Source: a phage. Taken from it: DNA of 64,000 nt. The notes under the pieces were generated by a model that saw only the letters and a list, made by a program, of their open reading frames with translations, made no database searches and was not told the DNA's origin. Shown here one piece after another: positions 19,744-28,934 of this stretch. Within the stretch, counting starts at the first letter, position 1. Every line of letters begins with the position of its first letter. Where the stretch lies: the NCBI GenBank assembly GCA_019385495.1, contig GCA_019385495.1_4102.1; one strand, written 5' to 3'. A program made the translations under genes and the position numbers.

Positions 19744-19910
19744 AAGAAGTAATTGACTACAAATGTAAAAATTGTGGCAAAGATAAGGGTAAGCATTCAG
19801 TACAAGGGATGGCTTGCCCGAATCCAGGTCGTGGTAATTTCAGAGGGTTCAGTACTGAAAAGTCTTACGAACCGGATCATACCAAACCTGTAATGGGTTA
19901 TAAATTATGA
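19740..19910 (+). CDS. small zinc-ribbon-like protein (56 aa)
   Basis: CKNCG..CPNPG; ATGA overlaps on both sides. Confidence 0.35.
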   Translation: MKEVIDYKCKNCGKDKGKHSVQGMACPNPGRGNFRGFSTEKSYEPDHTKPVMGYKL

Positions 19911-20266
19911 GTGATTATGTAGCATTTCTTCATCGCTTTGGAGAAGCTAAAGAAAAACATATTATCCGTATGCCATTATATGGTGAAAAAGACTGGTACA
20001 AAAGTACTATCAGTGTAGGTGCATTTCGTGACCGTGAAGCTGGATTCTTTCTGGGTAAGAAACATGAACGAGAGGTACTTTGCTCACTGTGGCGTTTGGA
20101 TGAATGGGATAGTGAGAACGTAAGAACTGCTGAATCAATGCTGGCTATTGTTGGTATTGCGAACTATCAGCATCCATATGACCTATTACCTACATTTGAA
20201 CATGCTTCTTTGTTTGACTTTTACAAAGCAGTAGGGTATGATTATAAAAAGAAACGTTACATTTAA
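19907..20266 (+). CDS. hypothetical protein
   Basis: ORF. Confidence 0.45.
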   Translation: MSDYVAFLHRFGEAKEKHIIRMPLYGEKDWYKSTISVGAFRDREAGFFLGKKHEREVLCSLWRLDEWDSENVRTAESMLAIVGIANYQHPYDLLPTFEHASLFDFYKAVGYDYKKKRYI

Positions 20267-20311
20267 TATCAGTACTGTCATAATGGCAGTACTTTTTAAT
20301 TGGAGATTACT

Positions 20312-20926
20312 ATGACTACATCGGAAAAGTACTGGTGGATTTTGGCTCATCCTAAATTCATAAACAAAGATATGGTTCCAGCTAGGATTGATATAGAACC
20401 TCATGATGTGTGTCCAATGACAAATCGAATTGAAGATTTCAAAGCATTGAATACAAAGACTCAATTTTGGGTAGAATTTCTTTCACCAATGTATATTGAG
20501 CAAGACGACGAATGGGTACAAGCACATGATTATCAATTGGATTGTGGTGGTGATACGTATGAAGAGGCGATTGATAAATTATACAAAAATGTGCTAAACA
20601 CATATGGTGATTACACCCAACAAGAAGCAGATAACACATTTAATAAGATCCATGCATTCAAATCTACTCCATCAATTTTTAATCCCACTAAAACTGTTTG
20701 GGAGGAACGACACAGTTGGAGTTCATGTGTAATCGATGAAGAAACCAAAGAAAAAATCATCGATGATATAAAAAATTTAAAAAATACGATAGAAGCCTTG
20801 CGTGAATTCATAATGTCTTGTACAATAGAACAACAGAAAGAGGCAAAGATACATTTGGAGAGTGAAGAATGTAAACTTTGGGTTCTAGAGAAATCTATTG
20901 AAAAGGGTATAGACTTAGACTTATGA
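20312..20926 (+). CDS. hypothetical protein
   Basis: ATG after GGAG; ORF-track start 20300. Confidence 0.45.
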   Translation: MTTSEKYWWILAHPKFINKDMVPARIDIEPHDVCPMTNRIEDFKALNTKTQFWVEFLSPMYIEQDDEWVQAHDYQLDCGGDTYEEAIDKLYKNVLNTYGDYTQQEADNTFNKIHAFKSTPSIFNPTKTVWEERHSWSSCVIDEETKEKIIDDIKNLKNTIEALREFIMSCTIEQQKEAKIHLESEECKLWVLEKSIEKGIDLDL

Positions 20927-21291
20927 ATAGTAAATTGGAGAAACTAATCGAAGAATTACGCCAGATGCCACCTATTGAACAAGTAGGAAATTACAAACGG
21001 TATCGTGTTATTGCTCGTGCACTTGATAAAAAAGGTAGAGTACTGGCAACTCGCACAAATTCTTATACACAGACTCACCCAGTACAGAAGGGTTTCGCCA
21101 TTCGTGCTGGGCGACCGCAAGGTGAGTTTCTTCATGCTGAAATTTCATGTTTACTGGCTGCTCGTGCTGATGTTCATACTTTACTGATTGCACGGATAAG
21201 TAAAGATGGAATTCCTGTTCCGGCTAAACCATGTGAAATTTGCTCATTAGCAATAAAAGAATATGGGGTGAAAGAGATTATCCACACATGA
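20923..21291 (+). CDS. CDA-fold deaminase-like protein (cytidine or tRNA-adenosine deaminase family)
   Basis: HAEISCLLAA and PCEICSLAI zinc-binding motifs. Confidence 0.55.
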   Translation: MNSKLEKLIEELRQMPPIEQVGNYKRYRVIARALDKKGRVLATRTNSYTQTHPVQKGFAIRAGRPQGEFLHAEISCLLAARADVHTLLIARISKDGIPVPAKPCEICSLAIKEYGVKEIIHT

Positions 21292-21509
21292 AAATTGAAA
21301 GATATGCTAAGCATACTGTTGGGTGTGTAAATGATATATTCTATTATTATATTTTTGCACCTGAACTACGTTTTCAAATCACAACATACAATGATGGCAG
21401 ATTTAAAGATACAAACTTCCTCATAACCGACTTAGCAAAGTATGCGAATACAGAACATTTTAATCATTTAGTATTTGTGTACTGTATACCAAACCCAAAT
21501 AAAAAGTAG
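21288..21509 (+). CDS. hypothetical protein
   Basis: ATGA overlap with upstream stop. Confidence 0.35.
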   Translation: MKIERYAKHTVGCVNDIFYYYIFAPELRFQITTYNDGRFKDTNFLITDLAKYANTEHFNHLVFVYCIPNPNKK

Positions 21510-21520
21510 GAGATTAAAAA

Positions 21521-21879
21521 TGGCTAAAACAATTTCTTTAAAAAATGAAAATGTAGGACAACGCAAAGATGGTTTCTTTGGTTTTTCTTGGACAACATTA
21601 TTCTTTGGACCGTTCCCTGCATTGTTTCGTGGTGACTTTATTACGTTCATCGGTGCATTCGTAATTTACTTCATCCTCAACGCAGTGTCATTTTGGATTG
21701 TGGGTACAATTGCAATGGTTGTATGGGCATTTCTTTATAATAAGTACTACACCGTGAATCTCATCAAGAATGGGTATAAATTCAATGGCACACATGAAGA
21801 AAATGCTGAAGCTGCAATGGCTTTGCAAATTGATTTGAATAAAAACAACACAGTTGATAAAAATAAAGATCCTGAATAA
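21521..21879 (+). CDS. membrane protein
   Basis: ATG 21521 after RBS GGAG; hydrophobic helices. Confidence 0.45.
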
Positions 21880-22098
21880 ATGGAAAAATATGACATAATT
21901 TACGATTATTATGGTAAGGCTTATATGAAGTGTGGGCGTTATGTTGAACTCTCTAATAGAGAATCAATAGATCCCCACACTCTTATAACAATTCATAATT
22001 CGTACTATAAAAAAGTTACAATAGCTAATTTCGCTACATACGTGAATAATCCATTATTTCCTTACATTATTCAGTACTACTGTAGAGTTATCAAATAA
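21880..22098 (+). CDS. hypothetical protein
   Basis: ORF. Confidence 0.35.
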   Translation: MEKYDIIYDYYGKAYMKCGRYVELSNRESIDPHTLITIHNSYYKKVTIANFATYVNNPLFPYIIQYYCRVIK

Positions 22099-22109
22099 GG
22101 TAAAAAGAA

Positions 22110-22520
22110 ATGTTAGCTGATGAATTTATGTCACTAAGTATCAAGATATTTGATATACTAGGTGATGAAACAGATTTCAATCTAAGCGACAAAGATATTC
22201 CATTGGAAGATGGTGGATACTTTTTTGCGATTGGAACTACGTATAATCTGGATCTTTCAAAGCCTATCAGTGATGATAGTGATTATAATGCAACAACATA
22301 TTTTGATTTCCAGCTTGATGGACATAAAGAGCGTTTACTAACGTACAGACGTAAAGGTAGTTTCAATAGAACCGAGATTACAATAATGGATTTTGAAAAA
22401 CGCATTGAACTAGCTAAGAAACATCCATTCATCAGTACTCATACATTTAATAGACTAATCGATCTATTAGATAATTATCCATATACAATCCGAGGGTCGT
22501 TACGTTTAAATGCAGAATGA
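22110..22520 (+). CDS. hypothetical protein
   Basis: ORF. Confidence 0.45.
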   Translation: MLADEFMSLSIKIFDILGDETDFNLSDKDIPLEDGGYFFAIGTTYNLDLSKPISDDSDYNATTYFDFQLDGHKERLLTYRRKGSFNRTEITIMDFEKRIELAKKHPFISTHTFNRLIDLLDNYPYTIRGSLRLNAE

Positions 22521-22695
22521 AATCTTCAAAAAAGAATACGATGGTGAAAGTCTCTATGATATTCAAAGAGACGTACATGAAGCATTCGATTCAAGATTTA
22601 ACCCATTAGCTGAACAAATCCCACAAGATGAGTTTGGTTTTCAGGAAGGCACTTTCACAGTGACTATTACATGGAGTCCAGATGAGACTAGCTAA
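22510..22695 (+). CDS. hypothetical protein
   Basis: ORF. Confidence 0.3.
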   Translation: MQNEIFKKEYDGESLYDIQRDVHEAFDSRFNPLAEQIPQDEFGFQEGTFTVTITWSPDETS

Positions 22696-22798
22696 ACTTG
22701 TCATAGGTTGTAGTGCAATTGCTGCATATATGCTTTTTTCAGCCCCAACCAATGTATTACTGTTAATTTGGGCAGTTGTTATATTAGCAGTACTTTAA
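22682..22798 (+). CDS. small hydrophobic peptide (38 aa)
   Basis: MRLAKLVIGCSAIAAYMLFSAPTNVLLLIWAVVILAVL, directly followed by a terminator. Confidence 0.3.
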   Translation: MRLAKLVIGCSAIAAYMLFSAPTNVLLLIWAVVILAVL

Positions 22799-22820
22799 AG
22801 CACCCTAGTGGTGCTTTTTC
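22799..22820 (+). terminator. intrinsic terminator
   Basis: AGCACC-ctagt-GGTGCT followed by TTTTTC. Confidence 0.6.
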
Positions 22821-22957
22821 TATTTGTGCAAATAAAAACCAATGTGACTTTTCCTTGATATAGGTCAAGAGAAATAACCTGTTTTGACGCTATAATGTTG
22901 TCTGGTGATATTAAATATCTTCACCCCCAGATGATTTCAAAATACAAGGAATGTACA

Positions 22958-24763
22958 ATGCAATTAGATAAATTATATACTGACGTAACGAATTTCCTCA
23001 ATCAGAGCAATACTGATCTTACCAACGAAAATGCGAACAAAGATGCGAAATGCGTCAATACACACAGGGATTTACTTGCAGGTATCCTATCTAAGCATTA
23101 TTCACAAGATGTTATTCCAAATGAGCTAATGCAGTGGCATAATGATGGTTATGGTCATATTCATGATTTAGACTACTATATCAGCCCATTAACCAACTGT
23201 TGCTTAGTTAACTACCCAGATATGCTAAAAAATGGATTTACCATTGGTTGTGCCAAAATTGAAGAACCAAAGAGTTTTAGTGTAGCATGTACAGTACTGA
23301 CACAAATTGTTCAGGCTGTTGCTAGTTCCCAGTACGGTGGACAATCGTTGGCTCATATTGACGTTGGTCTTGAACCTTACGTCCAAAAGTCATGGGATAA
23401 GCTGTTAGAAAAACAAAAGAAATATAATCTAAGTGATGAGTTCATTGAAGAAGAATTACGAAAAGAAGTATACGATGGATGTCAAACATTACTTTACCAG
23501 ACTAATTCAATGATTAGCACTAATGGACAAGCTGCATTCATTTCTCTTAGTTTAGGGCTTAATACTTCTAAATTTGGTAAATTAATCACTGAACAGTACT
23601 TAAAAGTTCATGAGAATGGTTTAGGTAAAGATAAGATTACTCCAGTGTTTCCTAAAGTAATTTTCTTTTTACAAGATGGTATAAACATGAATACCAATGA
23701 TAGTAATTATGACCTTAAACAGTTAGCTATGCGTTGTGCATCAAAACGAATCTACCCAGACTTTGTTTCAGTTCCATTAAATCACAAAGTGACTGGAAGT
23801 AGTAGTACTGCTGTAACACCGATGGGCTGTCGTTCATTCTTAGGAAAATGGGAAGATTCAAATGGAAATGAACAATACAACGGTCGTTTCAATTTAGGCG
23901 TAGTTTCTATCAATTTACCTCTAATTGCTCTTGAGTGTGCTTCTGATGGAGAGTTTTTTGATAAGATAGACGAGCACATGAATATTGCATATCGTGCTCA
24001 GATGAACCGTGTGGAGCGTTTAAAAGGCACTAAAGCGAAGCAGAATCCAATTTTGTTCATGGAAGGTGCATTAGCACGTTTAGGTGCAGAAGAAACCATT
24101 GACAAGCTATTTTACAATGGTTATGCTAGTATTAGTATTGGTTATGTTGGTCTTGTTGAATGTTCAGAAATCCTCACTGGTTCTATCAGTAAGGAGTTTT
24201 GTATGTCAGTACTGAATTATATGAAAGTAAAATGTGATGAGTTCAAAAAAGAAAGTAATATTGCTTTTAGTCTATATGGAACTCCAGCAGAGTCGCTTTG
24301 TTATAAATTTGCACGTTGCATTGAAGCAAAATATCCTTCAGTACTAAAACGTGATTACATCACAAATTCCTTCCATCAACCAGTATGGGTAGAAAGTTCT
24401 CCATTTGATAAATGGAGTTATGAAGAAGGCTTTGCTTACCTAAGTAACGGTGGAAACATCAGTTATGTTGAATCTCCAAACTTAGCAAACAACATTCAAG
24501 CACTTGAAACATTAGTTAACTATGCGTACACTAAGATACCATATTTTGGTATTAACCAACCAGTTGACCATTGTTATGAATGTGGCTTCCAGGGTGAGTT
24601 CAGTGTAGATAAACATGGTTTCCACTGTCCGGTATGTGATAATCGTAATGAGAAGACAATCTCAGTGATTCGTCGTGTTTCTGGTTACTTGGGTAATCCT
24701 TCTTCGCGTGGATTCAATAAAGGCAAACAACAAGAGTGTTGTGAGCGTATTCAGCACAAATAA
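22958..24763 (+). CDS. nrdD: anaerobic ribonucleoside-triphosphate reductase
   Basis: Strong recalled similarity to T4 NrdD (DLTNENANKD.., PLTNCCLV, QYGGQS); C-terminal zinc ribbon CYECG..CPVCDN; glycyl-radical motif RRVSGYLG; start at Met22 of the ORF-track frame with RBS AAGGA. Confidence 0.9.
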   Translation: MQLDKLYTDVTNFLNQSNTDLTNENANKDAKCVNTHRDLLAGILSKHYSQDVIPNELMQWHNDGYGHIHDLDYYISPLTNCCLVNYPDMLKNGFTIGCAKIEEPKSFSVACTVLTQIVQAVASSQYGGQSLAHIDVGLEPYVQKSWDKLLEKQKKYNLSDEFIEEELRKEVYDGCQTLLYQTNSMISTNGQAAFISLSLGLNTSKFGKLITEQYLKVHENGLGKDKITPVFPKVIFFLQDGINMNTNDSNYDLKQLAMRCASKRIYPDFVSVPLNHKVTGSSSTAVTPMGCRSFLGKWEDSNGNEQYNGRFNLGVVSINLPLIALECASDGEFFDKIDEHMNIAYRAQMNRVERLKGTKAKQNPILFMEGALARLGAEETIDKLFYNGYASISIGYVGLVECSEILTGSISKEFCMSVLNYMKVKCDEFKKESNIAFSLYGTPAESLCYKFARCIEAKYPSVLKRDYITNSFHQPVWVESSPFDKWSYEEGFAYLSNGGNISYVESPNLANNIQALETLVNYAYTKIPYFGINQPVDHCYECGFQGEFSVDKHGFHCPVCDNRNEKTISVIRRVSGYLGNPSSRGFNKGKQQECCERIQHK

Positions 24764-24771
24764 GGTAAATT

Positions 24772-25104
24772 ATGGATTTAAAGCCAATTGTGGTTAACAA
24801 ATACAAAGAACCGTATGATGTGTATATTGGACGTGGGTCTAAATGGGGAAACCCATTTACCCATATTAAAGATAAACAAACCAAAGCCGAGTTCATTGTT
24901 AGTACAAGAGAAGAATCAATTGAAAAATTCAGAGAATACATTATTGAACGTATTTCTTGTGGAGAAGTTAAGATTGATGAATTACTTGAACTCGCAGGGA
25001 AACGCCTTGGTTGTTTCTGTAAACCAAAATCATGTCACGGCGATGTTCTTGTCGAAATAGTGAGTGCAATATTAGATGAATTACCAGACGATAATCAAGG
25101 ATGA
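24772..25104 (+). CDS. DUF4326-like protein
   Basis: YIGRGSKWGNPF and LGCFCKPKSCHGDVL motifs as recalled for this family. Confidence 0.45.
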   Translation: MDLKPIVVNKYKEPYDVYIGRGSKWGNPFTHIKDKQTKAEFIVSTREESIEKFREYIIERISCGEVKIDELLELAGKRLGCFCKPKSCHGDVLVEIVSAILDELPDDNQG

Positions 25105-25546
25105 TTTAGTAAATGGAGAGGGCGTTCGCTGCTCTTTATTTGTTAGTGGGTGTTCGCACGGATGTGATGGTTGCTTCAATGAAGAAGCATGGGATTACAG
25201 AAGTGGTCAATTGTTCAGTACTGAAACAGTTGAGATTATACTACAGGAACTAAAAAAACCATATGTTAGTGGTTTGTCACTTCTAGGTGGTGATCCATTA
25301 ATGAAAAAGAATATAGATGAAGTTTTAAATCTATGCAAAGTAGTTAAAGAAACTTATCCTAGTAAAACTATTTGGTGCTGGAGTGGGTATACTTTAGATG
25401 AGATTATGAAAAATCATTCTAAAGATATACTTCAGTACTTAGATGTATTAGTTGATGGTAAGTTTATCGAGTCCGAAAAGAATTTAAAATTACCTTTCCG
25501 TGGTTCAAATAATCAAAGAATACTATATAAAAATAAAGATTTTTAG
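25076..25546 (+). CDS. nrdG: anaerobic ribonucleotide reductase activating protein (radical SAM)
   Basis: N-terminus MNYQ..LVNGEGVRCSLFVSGCSHGCDGC matches T4 NrdG pattern; CxxxCxxC. Confidence 0.9.
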   Translation: MNYQTIIKDDLVNGEGVRCSLFVSGCSHGCDGCFNEEAWDYRSGQLFSTETVEIILQELKKPYVSGLSLLGGDPLMKKNIDEVLNLCKVVKETYPSKTIWCWSGYTLDEIMKNHSKDILQYLDVLVDGKFIESEKNLKLPFRGSNNQRILYKNKDF

Positions 25547-25550
25547 CATA

Positions 25551-25573
25551 AGCACCCGTTGGGTGCTTTTTTA
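25551..25573 (+). terminator. intrinsic terminator
   Basis: AGCACCC-gtt-GGGTGCT followed by TTTTTT. Confidence 0.7.
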
Positions 25574-25622
25574 TTATGTATATAAATACATTAACTAATA
25601 TCTAATTTATAAGGGATATATA

Positions 25623-28319
25623 ATGTCAAAGAAAATATATGGTGGCTTAGATGTCACACATAATGTGACAGTTAATGGTAAAAGAACAATTCAAGGAATA
25701 AATGAACAAGTTTTTGATTCCAACGGTAACTTGGAATTAGATACTTATTCCAGAGATGAAGTACTAGATATAGTAAGTATGATACCAATCTCCCATTATG
25801 GTTCACAAAACTATCTACCTGCGGGTGTTTCTGGGGATTTCAATGGTGCATCAGAAAACCAGTCACAACGTAGAAATAAAATTTTATTAGAAAACGATGG
25901 TACACTAGTGCTTTTACGTAGTGGGACAAACGGTAGTGTTGAGGGATTATTTTATTCATATTTGGCTAACGCATTATCAGTTGATGACATGAGCCGTACA
26001 ATTAACACCAGTCGTCAATACAAGCCTGGGTTTTTTGGTTCAAATAGAGTTGCGATTGGTTTATACAATACTGATCCAAATATTTTACTCGGTAGATATA
26101 TTGATACTTCTAACAGTACTAATGGTTTGTTCATATCAATTACCAATGGTACATTAGATGATAAATTGCATACTGGTTTTTTCGTTAACCAAGCAGATAT
26201 ATCACCGGAAGGTGGTATTGAATATGCTATGATGGCAGAAGATGGTTCTATATATGTTTTTAGCGTACTTAATGAAAATAACCAACTACAATTAGTTGTT
26301 GTTAAAGTTGTTTATAATATAAGCAATGGTACTTATACTGCAACTCGAATTACTGGATGGACTACTAAAACATTTTATAACACGACATATTCTGCACAAA
26401 ATAATATGGTTATTACTAATCAGGTAAGATCAACAAATATTGCTGATAAACCTTATGCTTATGTCCCACAAAATCTACGCGGTATTGGGATTTACATGAC
26501 ATCAATTGATTTATATGTTGCACAGCAGCCAGGAACGCAGAATTTCCGCTTTAGAATGAACGGGGACGCTTGGTTTACAATGGCAACATATAATACACGT
26601 CCACAGCATAGTTACAGTTTTGTGTTCAATATGAGTACTAAACAATGTACATTAGATGCGGGTAACGATATTGGTTCATATCAAGCACCATTAGTTATAA
26701 CTAATACTGGTTCGGCATTAGTTCCTACTGGTAACGTTTTAAATAACGATCCATTGTATAACCATGCAAATGCAAGAAACATTTATAGTTCATATTTTTA
26801 TTTAAATTCAGGTGAAGCATTTTGTACTGCATGTCCAAACTTAGCAGAACCATTACTTATGCAAAAAGCTAAGTTTCCTATTCAAATAGTTTATAGTATG
26901 CTGAATGTCCGTGCTGTACTTTCTACTGACTTCAAAGGTGGTATAGTTCGCCCGTCTTTTGGTTCAGCGGTTGGTTCATTTATTAATGGTGTAGAATTAC
27001 TACCAGATAACAGTACTAAACAATATTCACGTGCATCAGGTAGTGGTGGATTTAGACCATCATATGCAGTTCATAAAAGTACTCCTAATTTTACATTTAA
27101 ATCATTATCTTTAGGAACAATACAAGGTTATGAACCTACAGTTGAACGTGCTAATGTTGATGATAATGCAAATAATAGAATTTTTATTAGTAGTATTTCT
27201 GGGTCAACTGTCACAACCAATGGTGGTATTTTTATGGTTGGGCAACGTTATTCACAATCATTATCCTATGATAAAAACTTAAATGGCACAGGAATTATAA
27301 GCGTTACACAATCAGTACTGGACAATTTTAGAAATACTGAATATGCCAAAGTTCTAAGTGATTGGAATTTATCAGCACAAGCATACCGTGATATGACACT
27401 ATTTGTTCCACAACAAACAGACATTCCAGCTTTTGTTATGTTGAGTACAATTACTAATGATTATAGAAACTATATTAGAATTGCTGAAGTTAATGTCAAT
27501 ACTAGAGTTGGTAATATTACATCTATTACATTTAAGCGTTTAGTACTTGAGAATACGTATGGTGATAACTTTACACCAACTGGGAATGGTTCGATTGCAT
27601 CTTCTTCTGTTGGTTTGACAATATATGATGGTGGTTCATTCTACTTCATTGGTGGTTCTGATCCATTATCACATCCAACAATAGGTAATACTGCAACTCA
27701 TCAATTTAGAGCATATGTAACTAAATCAACTGCACAATTTACAAGTTTTATAATTACTGGATCTCATGCCAGTTATGAACAAGGAAGTCAACCAGCAGCA
27801 TTACCTGGTATTGGTTTTGGAATTTTTGAACCAATGGATTACTCAAATAAAATGACATTCAAAAAATATGGAACAACGATTGCAGACTATAATAACTGGA
27901 CTGCACAAGGTAGCCCAATTAACGTAGTATCCCAGGACGTTGCTCAAGGGTTTATTGTATATTTTACAGAGGAAACACCAGTTATTCTTTCAGGTAAGTC
28001 ATTTTCACTACCAGTTTCAAATATTGATTTGAGAACTATTAAGTCTAATCCAGCAAATACAACATTTTATGTATATGTTAAATTGGAACAAGGATTGGCA
28101 AACTATTACATAACTACTGATGTTATTTCTGAAACAGGAACAACTGCATATAATATTTTTTGGATAGGTACAATTCAAACTAATGCAATTCAAATCGAAA
28201 CAATTAATATACAAAAACGTTCCCGTTTAGATATATTTGGTGCTTCACTTGAATCAGCAGGTTCATCGTTCCCAGTTAGCTACGGTCTACCATCACAAAC
28301 AGGAACCATAAACTGGTAA
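25623..28319 (+). CDS. tail-fibre-like protein (898 aa)
   Basis: Large Ser/Thr/Asn/Gly-rich protein sharing N- and C-terminal modules with two downstream paralogs; TATAAATA at 25581. Confidence 0.6.
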   Translation: MSKKIYGGLDVTHNVTVNGKRTIQGINEQVFDSNGNLELDTYSRDEVLDIVSMIPISHYGSQNYLPAGVSGDFNGASENQSQRRNKILLENDGTLVLLRSGTNGSVEGLFYSYLANALSVDDMSRTINTSRQYKPGFFGSNRVAIGLYNTDPNILLGRYIDTSNSTNGLFISITNGTLDDKLHTGFFVNQADISPEGGIEYAMMAEDGSIYVFSVLNENNQLQLVVVKVVYNISNGTYTATRITGWTTKTFYNTTYSAQNNMVITNQVRSTNIADKPYAYVPQNLRGIGIYMTSIDLYVAQQPGTQNFRFRMNGDAWFTMATYNTRPQHSYSFVFNMSTKQCTLDAGNDIGSYQAPLVITNTGSALVPTGNVLNNDPLYNHANARNIYSSYFYLNSGEAFCTACPNLAEPLLMQKAKFPIQIVYSMLNVRAVLSTDFKGGIVRPSFGSAVGSFINGVELLPDNSTKQYSRASGSGGFRPSYAVHKSTPNFTFKSLSLGTIQGYEPTVERANVDDNANNRIFISSISGSTVTTNGGIFMVGQRYSQSLSYDKNLNGTGIISVTQSVLDNFRNTEYAKVLSDWNLSAQAYRDMTLFVPQQTDIPAFVMLSTITNDYRNYIRIAEVNVNTRVGNITSITFKRLVLENTYGDNFTPTGNGSIASSSVGLTIYDGGSFYFIGGSDPLSHPTIGNTATHQFRAYVTKSTAQFTSFIITGSHASYEQGSQPAALPGIGFGIFEPMDYSNKMTFKKYGTTIADYNNWTAQGSPINVVSQDVAQGFIVYFTEETPVILSGKSFSLPVSNIDLRTIKSNPANTTFYVYVKLEQGLANYYITTDVISETGTTAYNIFWIGTIQTNAIQIETINIQKRSRLDIFGASLESAGSSFPVSYGLPSQTGTINW

Positions 28320-28330
28320 AGGATTACATA

Positions 28331-28918
28331 ATGGCATATAAAATAAGAGCAGACCTTAAGGCAATGCAACAAGTAACAGTTCAGGGTAAAAGTACTGGTC
28401 TTGGTGTATTAGGTAATAATATGACTTATTACCCAACAAATTCAAATGGGGAATGTACATTCCCCTCTATTACCAAAGATGAAGTTAACTTTATTGTCAA
28501 TGGATTACCACTTACACAATACGGAGAATTGTATGATGACGCTAGTCTAAATATTACTTCATCAGGCTATAGTCTTACATTTAACAGACAGATACCATCA
28601 TTTATTGGTGGTTATCTTTATAAATTTCCAGCAGTTTCTATTTTTGCTTCAACTGTTTCATCTGGAACACAAACACAATACGTATATGCAACGTTAGTTC
28701 TCGGTGAACCAATTTATAAAATATCACCAACACAAATACAAGAATCTGAAATTATAATGTTTATTGGAACACTGACCGTTGGTACAAGTGGTATTACAAA
28801 TATAAACATTAATAAAGTATCCAGATTTAGTACATATAGACCTAGTGTTACACAAAAAGGTTCTTCATTCCCAGTCAGTACTGGAAAACCATCAGAAACT
28901 GGTACAATTGGTTGGTAA
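28331..28918 (+). CDS. short tail-fibre-like paralog (195 aa)
   Basis: C-terminus GSSFPVSTGKPSETGTIGW matches GSSFPVSYGLPSQTGTINW of the upstream gene. Confidence 0.5.
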   Translation: MAYKIRADLKAMQQVTVQGKSTGLGVLGNNMTYYPTNSNGECTFPSITKDEVNFIVNGLPLTQYGELYDDASLNITSSGYSLTFNRQIPSFIGGYLYKFPAVSIFASTVSSGTQTQYVYATLVLGEPIYKISPTQIQESEIIMFIGTLTVGTSGITNININKVSRFSTYRPSVTQKGSSFPVSTGKPSETGTIGW

Positions 28919-28934
28919 ATTAAGGAAAAGAAAG

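Noticed and set aside
108-21193. Short minus-strand ORFs antisense to + genes (108-362, 780-1073, 5893-6270, 8446-8697, 16537-16803, 19086-19400, 21008-21193 and similar)
   Set aside because: All lie inside well-supported + strand genes and have low-complexity or odd composition; typical antisense artefacts.
22895-22957. Upstream ATG starts for nrdD (22895, 22931)
   Set aside because: ATG 22895 overlaps the promoter -10-like TATAAT; Met at 22958 has an RBS and gives an N-terminus matching T4 NrdD spacing.
24788-25060. Alternative-frame 90 aa ORF inside the DUF4326-like gene
   Set aside because: Same strand, different frame, fully nested; the annotated frame carries the conserved motifs.
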